Position numbers and translations under genes: made by a program. DNA of 59,931 nt, filler included. It is 5 parts of 5 records of this genome, joined end to end, with 100 filler letters (N's around TTAATTAATTAA, not from the genome) between each part and the next. Parts side by side here need not be neighbours in the genome. Positions count along the whole stretch, not along the records: positions 29,324 to 40,363 come from DRR723986_9939; 4 more parts are not named here. One strand, written 5' to 3'. The notes under the pieces are model-generated. The model saw only the letters and a program-made list of their open reading frames with translations, made no database searches and was not told the DNA's origin. Below, one piece after another: positions 29,224-38,521 of this stretch (position 1 is the stretch's first letter; each line of letters opens with the position of its first letter).

Positions 29224-29323
29224 NNNNNNNNNNNNNNNNNNNNNNNNNNNNNNNNNNNNNNNNNNNNTTAATTAATTAANNNNNNNNNNNNNNNNNNNNN
29301 NNNNNNNNNNNNNNNNNNNNNNN
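29224..29323. other. Artificial contig spacer
   Basis: N44-TTAATTAATTAA-N44. Confidence 0.98.
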
Positions 29324-29340
29324 CACTCGGCCACGTCTCC
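29324..29340 (-). tRNA. 5' fragment of a tRNA, probably tRNA-Ser, cut by the contig end
   Basis: Minus strand reads GGAGACGTGGCCGAGTG, an acceptor-stem 5' half plus the TGGCCGAGTG D-arm typical of Ser tRNAs; only 17 nt visible, anticodon absent. Confidence 0.65.
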
Positions 29341-29348
29341 GCTGACGG

Positions 29349-29377
29349 GTATAGCGGGGCTGATAGTGGAAACACAA
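29349..29377 (-). promoter_or_regulatory. Housekeeping promoter for the tRNA
   Basis: TTGTGT-N17-CTATAC ending 8 nt upstream of the tRNA 5' end; resembles the alphaproteobacterial TTG-N-CTATAT consensus. Confidence 0.5.
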
Positions 29378-29479
29378 GCGGGTTTTTCGCCTTTTTTTCC
29401 AAGGGGTTTTTGCTGCGCGCACATGGCTTGCCGCGGTTTGGGGGGATTCTTGCCAAATCAGCGCTTTTGGACAAAACAG

Positions 29480-29506
29480 GTTGAAAGGTGGCGCCGTTCC
29501 CCAGAT
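29480..29506 (+). promoter_or_regulatory. Possible RpoH (sigma32)-like promoter upstream of nrnC
   Basis: GTTGAA-N13-CCCCAGAT, about 50 nt before ATG 29556. Confidence 0.3.
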
Positions 29507-29555
29507 AACAGCGCGCAAGCGGAACCGCTGTGTTAAGCGTGGCCCAGGGGGTGGC

Positions 29556-30167
29556 ATGGCAAATTACCTTTACCAAAACGACTTGCCAGATGGGTTGGAT
29601 CTGGGGCCTGTGGTGGCCATAGATTGCGAAACAATGGGCCTGCACCCGCATCGCGACCGTTTGTGCGTTGTGCAGATGTCGGGGGGCGATGGCCATGCGC
29701 ATTTGGTGCAGGTGGCCTTGGGCCAATCTGCTGCCCCAAACCTGTGCCGCATGTTGCAAGACCCGGGCGTGCTAAAGCTGTTTCATTTTGGCCGCTTTGA
29801 TATTGCAGCCCTTTATAACGCCTTTGGGGCATTGGCGGCCCCTGTTTATTGCACCAAGATCGCCAGCAAACTGGTGCGCACCTATACCGATCGGCATGGG
29901 TTGAAAAACCTGCTGCAAGAGTTGCTGGGCGTCGATATTTCCAAACAGCAGCAATCCAGCGACTGGGGCGCGCCCGATCTTAGCGCCGCCCAGCTTGATT
30001 ACGCGGCCTCCGATGTTTTGCACCTGCATCGCCTGAAAGAGCGGTTGGACGCCATGCTGCTACGCGAGGGGCGCATGGCGCTTGCGCAATCGTGTTTCGC
30101 ATTCTTGCCTGCGCGCGCACAGCTTGATCTGGCGGGCTGGGCTGACACAGATATTTTTAGCCACTGA
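29556..30167 (+). CDS. nrnC: NanoRNase C (RNase D-like DEDDy exonuclease)
   Basis: AIDCETMGL, RDRLCVVQ, FHFGRFDIA, TKIAS..RTYTDRHGL, SKQQQSSDW, YAASDV; about 200 aa with no HRDC domain. Confidence 0.85.
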   Translation: MANYLYQNDLPDGLDLGPVVAIDCETMGLHPHRDRLCVVQMSGGDGHAHLVQVALGQSAAPNLCRMLQDPGVLKLFHFGRFDIAALYNAFGALAAPVYCTKIASKLVRTYTDRHGLKNLLQELLGVDISKQQQSSDWGAPDLSAAQLDYAASDVLHLHRLKERLDAMLLREGRMALAQSCFAFLPARAQLDLAGWADTDIFSH

Positions 30168-31135
30168 TGAGCATGAAAACACCATTTCTTGAAACCGCCC
30201 GCAGGGTGATCGAAATCGAAGCTGCGGCCTTGCAGCAATTGGCGCAGGGGCTTGATGACAGCTTTGGCGCGGCGGTGTCGCTGATGCTGAATGCCCGCGG
30301 GCGGGTGATTTTGTCGGGCATGGGCAAATCGGGCCATATCGCGCGCAAAATTGCCGCCACATTGGCCAGCACCGGCACGCCGGCGCAATTTGTGCACCCG
30401 GCCGAGGCCAGCCACGGCGATTTGGGCATGCTAACGGGCGATGACGTGCTGCTGATGCTGTCGAATTCGGGCGAAACACCGGAATTGGCCGATATGATCG
30501 CCTATTCGCGGCGCTTTGAAATACCGATGATTGGCGTTGCCAGCCGCCCCGGTTCGACCTTGTTGAAACAATCCGATGTGGCCATCGTTTTGCCCCAGGC
30601 ACCCGAGGCCTGCGGCACCGGCGTTGTGCCGACCACCAGCACCACCATGACCCTGGCTTTGGGCGATGCGCTGGCCGTGGCCCTGATGGAGCATCGCCGC
30701 TTTACGCCCGAAAATTTCCGCGAATTTCACCCCGGGGGTAAATTGGGTGCCCAGCTTAGCCGCGTGGCTGATTTGATGCATAGGGGCGATGCGCTGCCTT
30801 TGGTGGCGGGGGGCACGCCAATGGGCGATGTGCTGCTGGTGATCAGCCAAAAGGGCTTTGGCGTGGCGGGCGTAGTGGATGCCCAAGGCGCCTTGGTGGG
30901 GGTGATTACCGATGGTGATTTGCGCCGCCACATGGAGGGGCTGCTGGCCCTGACAGCTGCCGATGTGATGACCGCAGCGCCCAAAACCATTGCCCCCGAT
31001 GCGCTGGCCGAACAGGCTGTTTCGGTGATGAACCATCGCAAAATCACCTGCCTGTTCGTGGTTGATCCCGCGCAGGGGGGCGCGCCGCAGGGGCTGCTGC
31101 ATATTCACGACTGCCTGCGCGTTGGGTTGGGCTAA
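30167..31135 (+). CDS. kdsD: Arabinose-5-phosphate isomerase (KpsF/GutQ; SIS + CBS)
   Basis: GMGKSGHI, HPAEASHGDLG, PTTSTT, FHPGGKLG, two CBS domains. Confidence 0.93.
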   Translation: MSMKTPFLETARRVIEIEAAALQQLAQGLDDSFGAAVSLMLNARGRVILSGMGKSGHIARKIAATLASTGTPAQFVHPAEASHGDLGMLTGDDVLLMLSNSGETPELADMIAYSRRFEIPMIGVASRPGSTLLKQSDVAIVLPQAPEACGTGVVPTTSTTMTLALGDALAVALMEHRRFTPENFREFHPGGKLGAQLSRVADLMHRGDALPLVAGGTPMGDVLLVISQKGFGVAGVVDAQGALVGVITDGDLRRHMEGLLALTAADVMTAAPKTIAPDALAEQAVSVMNHRKITCLFVVDPAQGGAPQGLLHIHDCLRVGLG

Positions 31136-31744
31136 ATGGCGGCGCGGCGCGGCTTTGATACCTCTCGCGCGGTTTCATGGTTGCGCATTATTCTGCCGCT
31201 TGCGGGGCTGGGGCTGATCTCGTCTTTGTTTTTGCTCTCTCGTGGGGTGGAAACCGATACCAGCATTCCGTTTTCCCAAATTGATTTGCGCGAAAGGGTG
31301 CGCAACCAGCAGGCCACCGCGCCCTTGATTGCGGGGCAAACCGATGGGGGCGATCTGATTTCTTTCACCGCCGATAGCGCCCGCCCTGATTTGCAGGGGC
31401 AGGGCCGTGTGCTGGTGGTGGCGCCCGTGGCGCAGCTGGAAACCCCGGCAGGGGGGCGCATTGTGATGCGGGCGGCCAATGGGGCGCTGGATAATGCCGA
31501 ACAGCGGGTGGAATTTAGCGGCGATGTGGTGGTTGAAACCTCGGGCGGGTTTGTCATTACCACCGATGGGTTGATCGGGCGGTTGCAAAGCGGCGTGATG
31601 GAAACCACCGATGATGTGCAGGCAAAGGGGCCAATGGGCCAGATCGAGGCGGGTCATTTTCAGCTGCGCCCACAATCGTTGGGCCTGGGAAATGAACTGG
31701 TGTTCACACGCGGTGTGAAACTGATATACAATGCGCAGCCATAG
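31136..31744 (+). CDS. lptC: LPS export protein LptC-like
   Basis: N-terminal TM helix then beta-rich domain; located between kdsD and lptA. Confidence 0.75.
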   Translation: MAARRGFDTSRAVSWLRIILPLAGLGLISSLFLLSRGVETDTSIPFSQIDLRERVRNQQATAPLIAGQTDGGDLISFTADSARPDLQGQGRVLVVAPVAQLETPAGGRIVMRAANGALDNAEQRVEFSGDVVVETSGGFVITTDGLIGRLQSGVMETTDDVQAKGPMGQIEAGHFQLRPQSLGLGNELVFTRGVKLIYNAQP

Positions 31745-31753
31745 GGGGATGTT

Positions 31754-32248
31754 GTGCTGCTGGGACGTGTGATAATTGCCGCTGCCTTGTGCTGCGCGCT
31801 GCCAGTGTTGGCCGCGGCACAGCAGGCCATTGCCTTTGGCGCTGCGGCCCAAGATAACACCCTGCCTGTCGAGGTGACAGCCGATGCGCTATCCGTAAAC
31901 CAAGGCGATGGCACGGCCGAATTCCTGGGCAATGTGGTGATTGTGCAAGGCGAGATGCGCCTTTCCGCACCGCGGGTGTTTGTAACCTATGCCGAGGCGC
32001 AGGGGCAGATCAGGTTGCTCGAGGCCACCGGCGGTGTGACGCTGGTCAGCGGTGTGGATGCAGCCGAGGCGCAGCGCGCCGATTACAATATTGAAAAAGG
32101 TGTGGTGGTGATGAGTGGGGATGTTTTGCTTACCCAAGGGGGCACTGCGCTGACATCGCAGAGCATGACAATCGATCTGGGCAAAGGCACAGCCGCCTTG
32201 GCGGGCCGCGTTAAAACGGTGCTGAAAGCGCAACCCGCACAGGAGTAA
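31754..32248 (+). CDS. lptA: LPS transport periplasmic protein
   Basis: Signal peptide, PVEVTAD, FLGNVVIVQG, GRVKTV (OstA domain). Confidence 0.88.
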   Translation: MLLGRVIIAAALCCALPVLAAAQQAIAFGAAAQDNTLPVEVTADALSVNQGDGTAEFLGNVVIVQGEMRLSAPRVFVTYAEAQGQIRLLEATGGVTLVSGVDAAEAQRADYNIEKGVVVMSGDVLLTQGGTALTSQSMTIDLGKGTAALAGRVKTVLKAQPAQE

Positions 32249-32251
32249 GCC

Positions 32252-33010
32252 ATGCCAAACCCGCAATTGCAGCTAACGCCGGGCTTGGCAGGCTTGCAGG
32301 TGAAAAACCTGCGCAAAAGCTATAAAAAGCGGGTCGTGATCCGTGATTTCAGCATGGAGCTTAGCCGCGGCGAGGTGGTTGCCCTGCTGGGGCCCAACGG
32401 TTCGGGTAAATCGACCACATTTTACATGATTGCAGGGCTGGTGAACGCCGAGGCGGGCCAAGTTAGCCTGGATGGTGAAGACATCACCTACCTGCCCATG
32501 TATCGCAGGGCGCAGCGCGGCATTGGGTATTTGCCCCAGGAAATATCTATCTTTCGTGGCCTGAGCGTAGAAGATAACATCACCGCTGTTTTAGATATCG
32601 CCGTGGCCGACCGCCACAAGCGCCGCGAGCGGCTGGAAGAGCTGCTGAGCGAATTTTCCATCGAACATCTGCGCCGCGCCCCGGCGCTGGCGCTGTCGGG
32701 CGGGGAAAGGCGGCGGGTGGAAATTGCCCGGTGTTTGGCAGCTGATCCTAAATATCTGCTACTGGACGAACCTTTTGCCGGTGTAGACCCGATCAGCGTG
32801 GGCGATATTCGGCATTTGGTGGCCGATTTGAAAAAGCGCGGTATCGGTGTGCTGATCACTGATCACAACGTGCGCGAAACGCTGGAGATCGTGGATCGGG
32901 CCTATATTTTGCACGACGGCAAGGTGCTGATGAGCGGCAGCCCACGCGATGTGGTGCGCAATGAAAATGTGCGCCGCGTCTATCTGGGTGATAATTTCCG
33001 CATCTCGTGA
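32252..33010 (+). CDS. lptB: LPS export ABC transporter ATP-binding protein
   Basis: [43 protein letters not shown]. Confidence 0.96.
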   Translation: MPNPQLQLTPGLAGLQVKNLRKSYKKRVVIRDFSMELSRGEVVALLGPNGSGKSTTFYMIAGLVNAEAGQVSLDGEDITYLPMYRRAQRGIGYLPQEISIFRGLSVEDNITAVLDIAVADRHKRRERLEELLSEFSIEHLRRAPALALSGGERRRVEIARCLAADPKYLLLDEPFAGVDPISVGDIRHLVADLKKRGIGVLITDHNVRETLEIVDRAYILHDGKVLMSGSPRDVVRNENVRRVYLGDNFRIS

Positions 33011-33228
33011 TTTTGCCCGGGCCTCTGGTTTCGATTGACAAGCATAGGGCGACTCGCCTCAAATGGTGGTATGACATCTACGGATATTGCACCGCGCTTT
33101 CTTGTGGTCTTGGTTTCAAGGCCGGGCCGGTTTGATCCCCTGAAAATGTCACAATCCAACACCCCGCGTTAACAGGCTCGGCCGTATATTCGGCTGTGGA
33201 CGTGGCGTTGTTATGCAAAGGAGACATG

Positions 33229-33795
33229 ATGCGCTATCAGATCACTGGAAAACAAATCGATATTGGCGAAGCCCTTCAAACCCATGTGAAGGATGAATTG
33301 GGTGCCACCGTGCAAAAATACGCCGGCCGCCCCACCGATGCGAACGTGATCTTTTCTAAATCCGGCCACGAATTTGTGTGCGAGGCTATTGTGCATCTTT
33401 CTACCGGTCTTACCGCCCAAGCAAAGGCGCATGCGACTGAAATCTACGCCGCCTTTGACGGCTGTAACGAGAAAATGGACAAACAGCTGCGCCGATATAA
33501 GCGGCGTCTGAAAGACCATCACCGCGACCGGGAGGTGCCGGTTGAACTTTTGGGCGGCTCCTCTTATATCCTCGCCGCAGACAAGGATGACGGGGAATCG
33601 GAACCAGAGACATTGCAACCGATGATCATCGCTGAAATGCAGGCGCAAATCCCTGCGCTGACAGTTGGTGAGGCGGTTATGCAGATGGAACTGGCAGGCG
33701 CCGATTTCCTTGTGTTCAGAAATGAGGCAAAGGGTGGCTTGAATGTCGTGCATCGTCGTGAAGACGGTAATATCGGCTGGATTGACCCGAATTAA
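33229..33795 (+). CDS. hpf: Ribosome hibernation promoting factor (long HPF/RaiA)
   Basis: MRYQITGKQIDIGEAL, KQLRRYKRRLKDH, EAVMQM, GNIGWIDP; AAGGAG RBS. Confidence 0.92.
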   Translation: MRYQITGKQIDIGEALQTHVKDELGATVQKYAGRPTDANVIFSKSGHEFVCEAIVHLSTGLTAQAKAHATEIYAAFDGCNEKMDKQLRRYKRRLKDHHRDREVPVELLGGSSYILAADKDDGESEPETLQPMIIAEMQAQIPALTVGEAVMQMELAGADFLVFRNEAKGGLNVVHRREDGNIGWIDPN

Positions 33796-33834
33796 GCTGC
33801 TCTGATCTTCGGGGCGCTGGAGATTGGAACAGGC

Positions 33835-34299
33835 ATGCTTATATCATCGATCCTGAAGCCCGCGGGCGTAAAGGTGGTGACATCGGCCTCTAGTAAAAAA
33901 CGCTTGCTGCATGATCTGGGCGATCTTGCGGCAAGCGCCTATGGTGTCGACCCGGACATGGCTGTCGAGGCGCTGATGGAACGCGAGGCGCTGGGCCCCA
34001 CAGGGGTGGGCCATGGTGTGGCCTTGCCCCATGCCCGCCTGCCCGATCTGGAGGACGTGCTGGGTGTTTTTATTCTGCTTGAAAAACCTATCGATTTCGA
34101 TGCCGTCGATCGCCAGCCTGTCGATCTGGTCTTTGCCTTGTTTGCCCCGGAAAAATCGGTGGTCGAACACCTAAAGGCACTGGCGCTGGTGTCGCGCACC
34201 CTGCGCGAACCTGCTGTGCGCACCAAGCTGCGTGCAAATACGGATGCGCAAACCCTTTATACAATCTTGACCGAGGCACAAACGGTGCAGGCGGCCTAG
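33835..34299 (+). CDS. ptsN: PTS IIA-Ntr
   Basis: REALGPTGVGHGVALPHAR, FDAVDRQPVDL, HLKALA. Confidence 0.92.
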   Translation: MLISSILKPAGVKVVTSASSKKRLLHDLGDLAASAYGVDPDMAVEALMEREALGPTGVGHGVALPHARLPDLEDVLGVFILLEKPIDFDAVDRQPVDLVFALFAPEKSVVEHLKALALVSRTLREPAVRTKLRANTDAQTLYTILTEAQTVQAA

Positions 34300-35756
34300 A
34301 CAGGCTGCGCGCCGCGCGCTGTTTGGTAGGGTATCCAAGGGCCAAAACCAAAGGCCGTGTAATCGCGGCTATAGACCTGTGCGCATAGCGTCTCGATCTC
34401 TTCGTCGTAGATTTCCGATAGGGTGAATGGCGCATCGGCATGGGGTGCGGGCAGGGCGGGCGCGGTGCTGCGCCCAATGCTTTGGGCCAGCTGGTGCAGC
34501 CCCTCTGCCAGCTGATCCCAGCGCAAAATCACATCGGGAACAGCCACCTGGGCATAGCCCTGCAGCACTGCTTGCTGGCTGCACCAGCTGGCATCGATGC
34601 GCAGCGCGGTTTGGCCCTGCAGGTTGCTTTTCAAAAACCCCAAAAATGGAACGAACGCCGCCTTATGGCTGGCCCTGTCATATTCTGGCCCGGGTGATTT
34701 GGCGGGAATGGGTAATTTGTAGCTGTTGCGCAAAACTTTGCGAATTTCGCCAAAACTGCCCGGCCCGGTTGCCAGAATATGGCGGCAAAAGGCGTGATGG
34801 GCCCGCACGGCCGGGTGCTGCACCACGCTGAAGCTGCGAAACCCTTTGTTTGCCTGCATCCACGCCCGCAGCGATTTTTGGTTGAACTGCCCCCGCAGCG
34901 CCTGCGGGTCTTTGCCGTCTAATGCGGCCAGCCAAGCGCCCACCTGCGCATCGGCCGCGCCCTTGATGGGCAGGTATAGCAACGGTGACTGGGGCGCTGC
35001 GATATAGGCCGGCACCTGCGCCCCGCGCCGCGGTTCGAAATTGGGGGTGCGCCCCAGATCAAACGGGTCAAGCGTGGCCAAATCGGCCTGCATCTGGGCA
35101 AAATTTTGCACCTTTTGCGCCAGCGGTTCGGGGTTTTGTTTTTTCAGGCTGGTGTCCAGGCTGGGCAGCTGTGTTTGGCTGCCCAACCACCGCCCAAGCC
35201 CGTTGATCACATCAAGCGACTGCAGATCTTCGTAATCAAGATAAAAGGCCGTTTGCCCGCTGGCCTGTAGCGCGCCCAGTAATTGCCTTTGAAACGCCTG
35301 CACCGCCGCCAGATGCTGGGAAAAGGCCTCTTTTTCGAAGGTGATTTGTGTGTTCTTGCGCCGCCTTGCATCGGTCAGTTTCCATTGCCCGGTGGCCTGT
35401 GCAATTTTCCAGCTGATAAAGCTTTCCAATGGATTGCGTGTTAAGATAATTTTTGCGCAGGCGGCATCGCCCAAGACCACAGGCAAAATGCGCGGGTCGT
35501 GATCGTGGAAAAACCGAAACCCCCCCATGGCAGGCCCGCTGCCCCGGATACTGCGCAACAGCTGCAAGGGATCGGCGTCGCGCTGCGCCTGTGTAAGGCC
35601 TAACAGCTGGGTTTTGTTGGGATAGCCGATAAAATGGGGGTTAAACGCCTCGCCGTGGCACAGCAGATCGCCAAACGCATTCAGGTTGGTTTCCAAAAAG
35701 TTCGAGCCAGTGCGCATTTCCGCGAACATGACAAAATATTCAAAACGACGGGCCAT
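34296..35756 (-). CDS. NodH-like sulfotransferase with a second, degenerate sulfotransferase-like domain
   Basis: MRTGSNFLE 5'-PSB loop, LTRNPLESFIS 3'-PB, YEDL; C-half has LPIKGAA, SVVQHPAVR, SWCSQ, YSRDYTAFGF resembling Sulfotransfer_2. Confidence 0.75.
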   Translation of the reverse strand: MARRFEYFVMFAEMRTGSNFLETNLNAFGDLLCHGEAFNPHFIGYPNKTQLLGLTQAQRDADPLQLLRSIRGSGPAMGGFRFFHDHDPRILPVVLGDAACAKIILTRNPLESFISWKIAQATGQWKLTDARRRKNTQITFEKEAFSQHLAAVQAFQRQLLGALQASGQTAFYLDYEDLQSLDVINGLGRWLGSQTQLPSLDTSLKKQNPEPLAQKVQNFAQMQADLATLDPFDLGRTPNFEPRRGAQVPAYIAAPQSPLLYLPIKGAADAQVGAWLAALDGKDPQALRGQFNQKSLRAWMQANKGFRSFSVVQHPAVRAHHAFCRHILATGPGSFGEIRKVLRNSYKLPIPAKSPGPEYDRASHKAAFVPFLGFLKSNLQGQTALRIDASWCSQQAVLQGYAQVAVPDVILRWDQLAEGLHQLAQSIGRSTAPALPAPHADAPFTLSEIYDEEIETLCAQVYSRDYTAFGFGPWIPYQTARGAQPV

Positions 35757-37460
35757 TTATGATCGCACCAAATAGGGTTTGCGCGGCGGAATATGGGGCT
35801 GTGCTGTGCCCTGTTCGATGGGGAAATCGCCCATCAAATAGGGGTGCATGCCTTGGTTTTTCAGATTTTGCAGAAATTGCCCAAACCCCGCCAGCTCGCG
35901 CAGTTTCGGGGCCTCGGTCAGGTGGCGCGGGGTGGCAATGCCAATTTCATCGACGATCGTTTGCAATGGCTCCATCGGCGCCTCGATGAATTCGGCCATT
36001 TTCCAGATGCGGATACGCGCCTTGCAATGGGGCGCGCGCAAAACATCTAGAAATTGGCTTTCTATGCGCTGCAGCAGCGCCGCCTCTTTGCGGATTTCCA
36101 GAAAGTTACGGTTCGAATGAAACAACGGCACCGCCCAAGCCCCACTGATGACCGAGATTTGGGCGTTGGGGTCGCTGCTGATGAACCAGGTAATATCTTG
36201 CGTATCAGCGGGGCCAAATTGAAAACATTGCCGGTCGCCGCGTGCATTCCAGATCAGATTGGTCAAAAAGGCGCGCGGGTTATAATCGCGGATGGCCGCG
36301 CTGTTGTGCATGGCGCCTGGCGCAATGGTTTGGGCCTGGGCAAATTCGGCCCGTTCGGGGGCGAAAAGATGCCCATGCACCCGCGCACCCGTGGCCTTTG
36401 CGATCCAGTCTTCGAAATCTTCGAAAAGCTCGGTAAAGCCGCTAAACACCGAATAGCGCCCCGATGTTGCGCCGTTTTCCCAGCCCGAATTGGGTAGGCG
36501 GCTTTGCATATAAAGCCCGGCGCGCCCGCGTGTGCGCCGTTCTACCGCCTTGGCAAAAATGCGGTCAATTTTGCCCGGGTTCGGTTCGGTATGCTTCATG
36601 GCGCTGGTGTTGTCGGATAAAAACGCCTCATAAAGGCGGCTGGCATGCGGCCAGATCTTGCGGGCGACAAAACAATCGGAACGGCGCAGCAATTGCAGGT
36701 GATCGTCGTAGAAAATATGTGGCTTTCCCTGAAAATCGAATTTCGACAGGGTCAGCGAACGGCTTTCGATATGGGTGGAATAAATCCGCGCCAAGGTTTG
36801 AAAATACGATTCATCCGGTATCCACACTTTGCGGAAATAGGCGTCGTATTGGCGGCGATCTGGGTCTTGCAAAATGGCGCTTAGGGTTTGGCGGGTCAGG
36901 CACCACCATTGGCTGCCCATATGTGGCACCAGCCCCTTTGGAATGCGCCGCCTAAGCCCAAGCCGCCGCTGCAGCCCAACATAGAGATCAAACAGCGTGC
37001 GATGTTTTTTCCAGCTAAAGGGAAAATGCAGCGTAAAACGTTCGTGATCCAGGCCGCCAACTGTCCATGGCACATCGGCGGTTGTGGCGCTTTCGATGAA
37101 ATCGGTGCGGGGGCGCTGGGCCAGGTAATCGATCAATTCCTGCACCGGGCGCAGCGGCAGGCAAGACCCAGAGGCCAGATATACATGCCTGACATGTGGA
37201 AACTGCGCCAGCATCATCTCGGCTGCGCTTTGCGAGGCGGCCACAATGCCCCAGGTGCCCCATTCGCAGCGGTGACGCGCGCAAAACCGCAGGTTGGGCA
37301 AATCGGCCAAGGCCTGGCGGAATTGGGCGCAGGTGGCCTCGGGCACCTTGCGATCGATATGTATCACCACAGGGCAGCCCGCAGCATGCCAGTGCCGCGC
37401 CACCTGTTCGGCCCGGCCCAGGGCCGTGTGCACCAGCATCAAGATGCCAACACCCGCCAT
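35757..37460 (-). CDS. Core-2/I-branching (GT14-like) glycosyltransferase with C-terminal extension
   Basis: ILMLVH, VIHID, WGTWGIV, LASGSCLPL, GSQWWCLTR, PDESYFQT, FVARK. Confidence 0.78.
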   Translation of the reverse strand: MAGVGILMLVHTALGRAEQVARHWHAAGCPVVIHIDRKVPEATCAQFRQALADLPNLRFCARHRCEWGTWGIVAASQSAAEMMLAQFPHVRHVYLASGSCLPLRPVQELIDYLAQRPRTDFIESATTADVPWTVGGLDHERFTLHFPFSWKKHRTLFDLYVGLQRRLGLRRRIPKGLVPHMGSQWWCLTRQTLSAILQDPDRRQYDAYFRKVWIPDESYFQTLARIYSTHIESRSLTLSKFDFQGKPHIFYDDHLQLLRRSDCFVARKIWPHASRLYEAFLSDNTSAMKHTEPNPGKIDRIFAKAVERRTRGRAGLYMQSRLPNSGWENGATSGRYSVFSGFTELFEDFEDWIAKATGARVHGHLFAPERAEFAQAQTIAPGAMHNSAAIRDYNPRAFLTNLIWNARGDRQCFQFGPADTQDITWFISSDPNAQISVISGAWAVPLFHSNRNFLEIRKEAALLQRIESQFLDVLRAPHCKARIRIWKMAEFIEAPMEPLQTIVDEIGIATPRHLTEAPKLRELAGFGQFLQNLKNQGMHPYLMGDFPIEQGTAQPHIPPRKPYLVRS

Positions 37461-37464
37461 GCGC

Positions 37465-38475
37465 CTACGCCCAGTTGCCCTTGGACATCAGCCCAAGGAT
37501 TTCCAGCTGCCGCCAGTTGATGTATTTCTCTGACCATTTGCACCACAGGTCAGGGTGCTGTGCCAGGGTTTGTGCATAGGCCTTATATTCTACCGAGGCG
37601 GCATAATGCTGTTTGCGCTGCAGCTCTTCTTGGGCTTTTGCGGCAAAGGTATCCAAGAATTTGGTATGCAGCAGCGCCCCGCTGGCCTTTTCACCGCCCC
37701 ATTCATCATAAACCAGGTTCAGCCCGCGTGGCAGCAACATATGGGTCGAGCTGACATAGCAATACCGCCGATCCCATTTGACCAGGGGTATCTTGTTCAA
37801 CGCAGGCGCCTTTTCCGGGGCGTCTGGGAAAAACACGCGCATGCGCGGGCCGCCCTGTATCCACAGGTTTCCAAAGCGGGCGTTTTTCTTGATGCTGTAG
37901 TTGCCCGGGTCAAACCAGGGGGCAATATCCAGCGGGTTTTGGCCTGGCTGATAGGGCGCATCGTTCAGCGGCCCTTTGGGATACATATCAATCAGCATGG
38001 CAGAAAATGATTTGATCGACGAGGCATCCAGCCAGTCGGTCAGCGCGCGCAAGGGGCGGGTATCGCAAAACGGGTAGATCAGAAATTCATCCGGGTCTAC
38101 CACTAGCGTCCAGTGGCCATGGCCATATTTGCGCTGCAACCAATTCAGCCAATCCACGCCAAAGCGCGCGCGCTTGTAGCTGGCGGTGGTGTGCCACAGT
38201 GAAACATCGCTTTGCCCGGCCAGATAGGCCAGTGATTGATCGTCGCTGTCGTTATCGACAATCAGAAAGTGATTTACCCCCAAATTTCGATAATATTGCA
38301 GGAAATAGGGCAGGCGCACCCCTTCGTTGCGCTGGGTGCAAAACAGCAAGATATCGCCAGGGCGAATTTGGGCGCTACGATCGGCCACCGCACGCAATTC
38401 GCGCCGCTTGCGAAAGGCGCGTATCAGCCAGCGTTTGCGCTGCAGCCGAAGGCGATATGATTGCCAAATGCCCAA
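37465..38475 (-). CDS. Glycosyltransferase family 2 (Glyco_tranf_2_4-like)
   Basis: RNEGVRLPYFLQYY, VDNDSDD, VDPDEF (DxD), LLHTKF. Confidence 0.85.
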   Translation of the reverse strand: MGIWQSYRLRLQRKRWLIRAFRKRRELRAVADRSAQIRPGDILLFCTQRNEGVRLPYFLQYYRNLGVNHFLIVDNDSDDQSLAYLAGQSDVSLWHTTASYKRARFGVDWLNWLQRKYGHGHWTLVVDPDEFLIYPFCDTRPLRALTDWLDASSIKSFSAMLIDMYPKGPLNDAPYQPGQNPLDIAPWFDPGNYSIKKNARFGNLWIQGGPRMRVFFPDAPEKAPALNKIPLVKWDRRYCYVSSTHMLLPRGLNLVYDEWGGEKASGALLHTKFLDTFAAKAQEELQRKQHYAASVEYKAYAQTLAQHPDLWCKWSEKYINWRQLEILGLMSKGNWA

Positions 38476-38521
38476 AGCAGCGCCTCATTCCCTTACCATT
38501 TACACACTTACTCCAACGGCA

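Noticed and set aside
1..37460. A Nod-factor-like system assembled from NodE/NodF-like genes (1-715) plus the NodH-like sulfotransferase and GT14-like gene (34296-37460)
   Set aside because: The genes are on different contigs, possibly from different organisms, and no nodABC homologues are present
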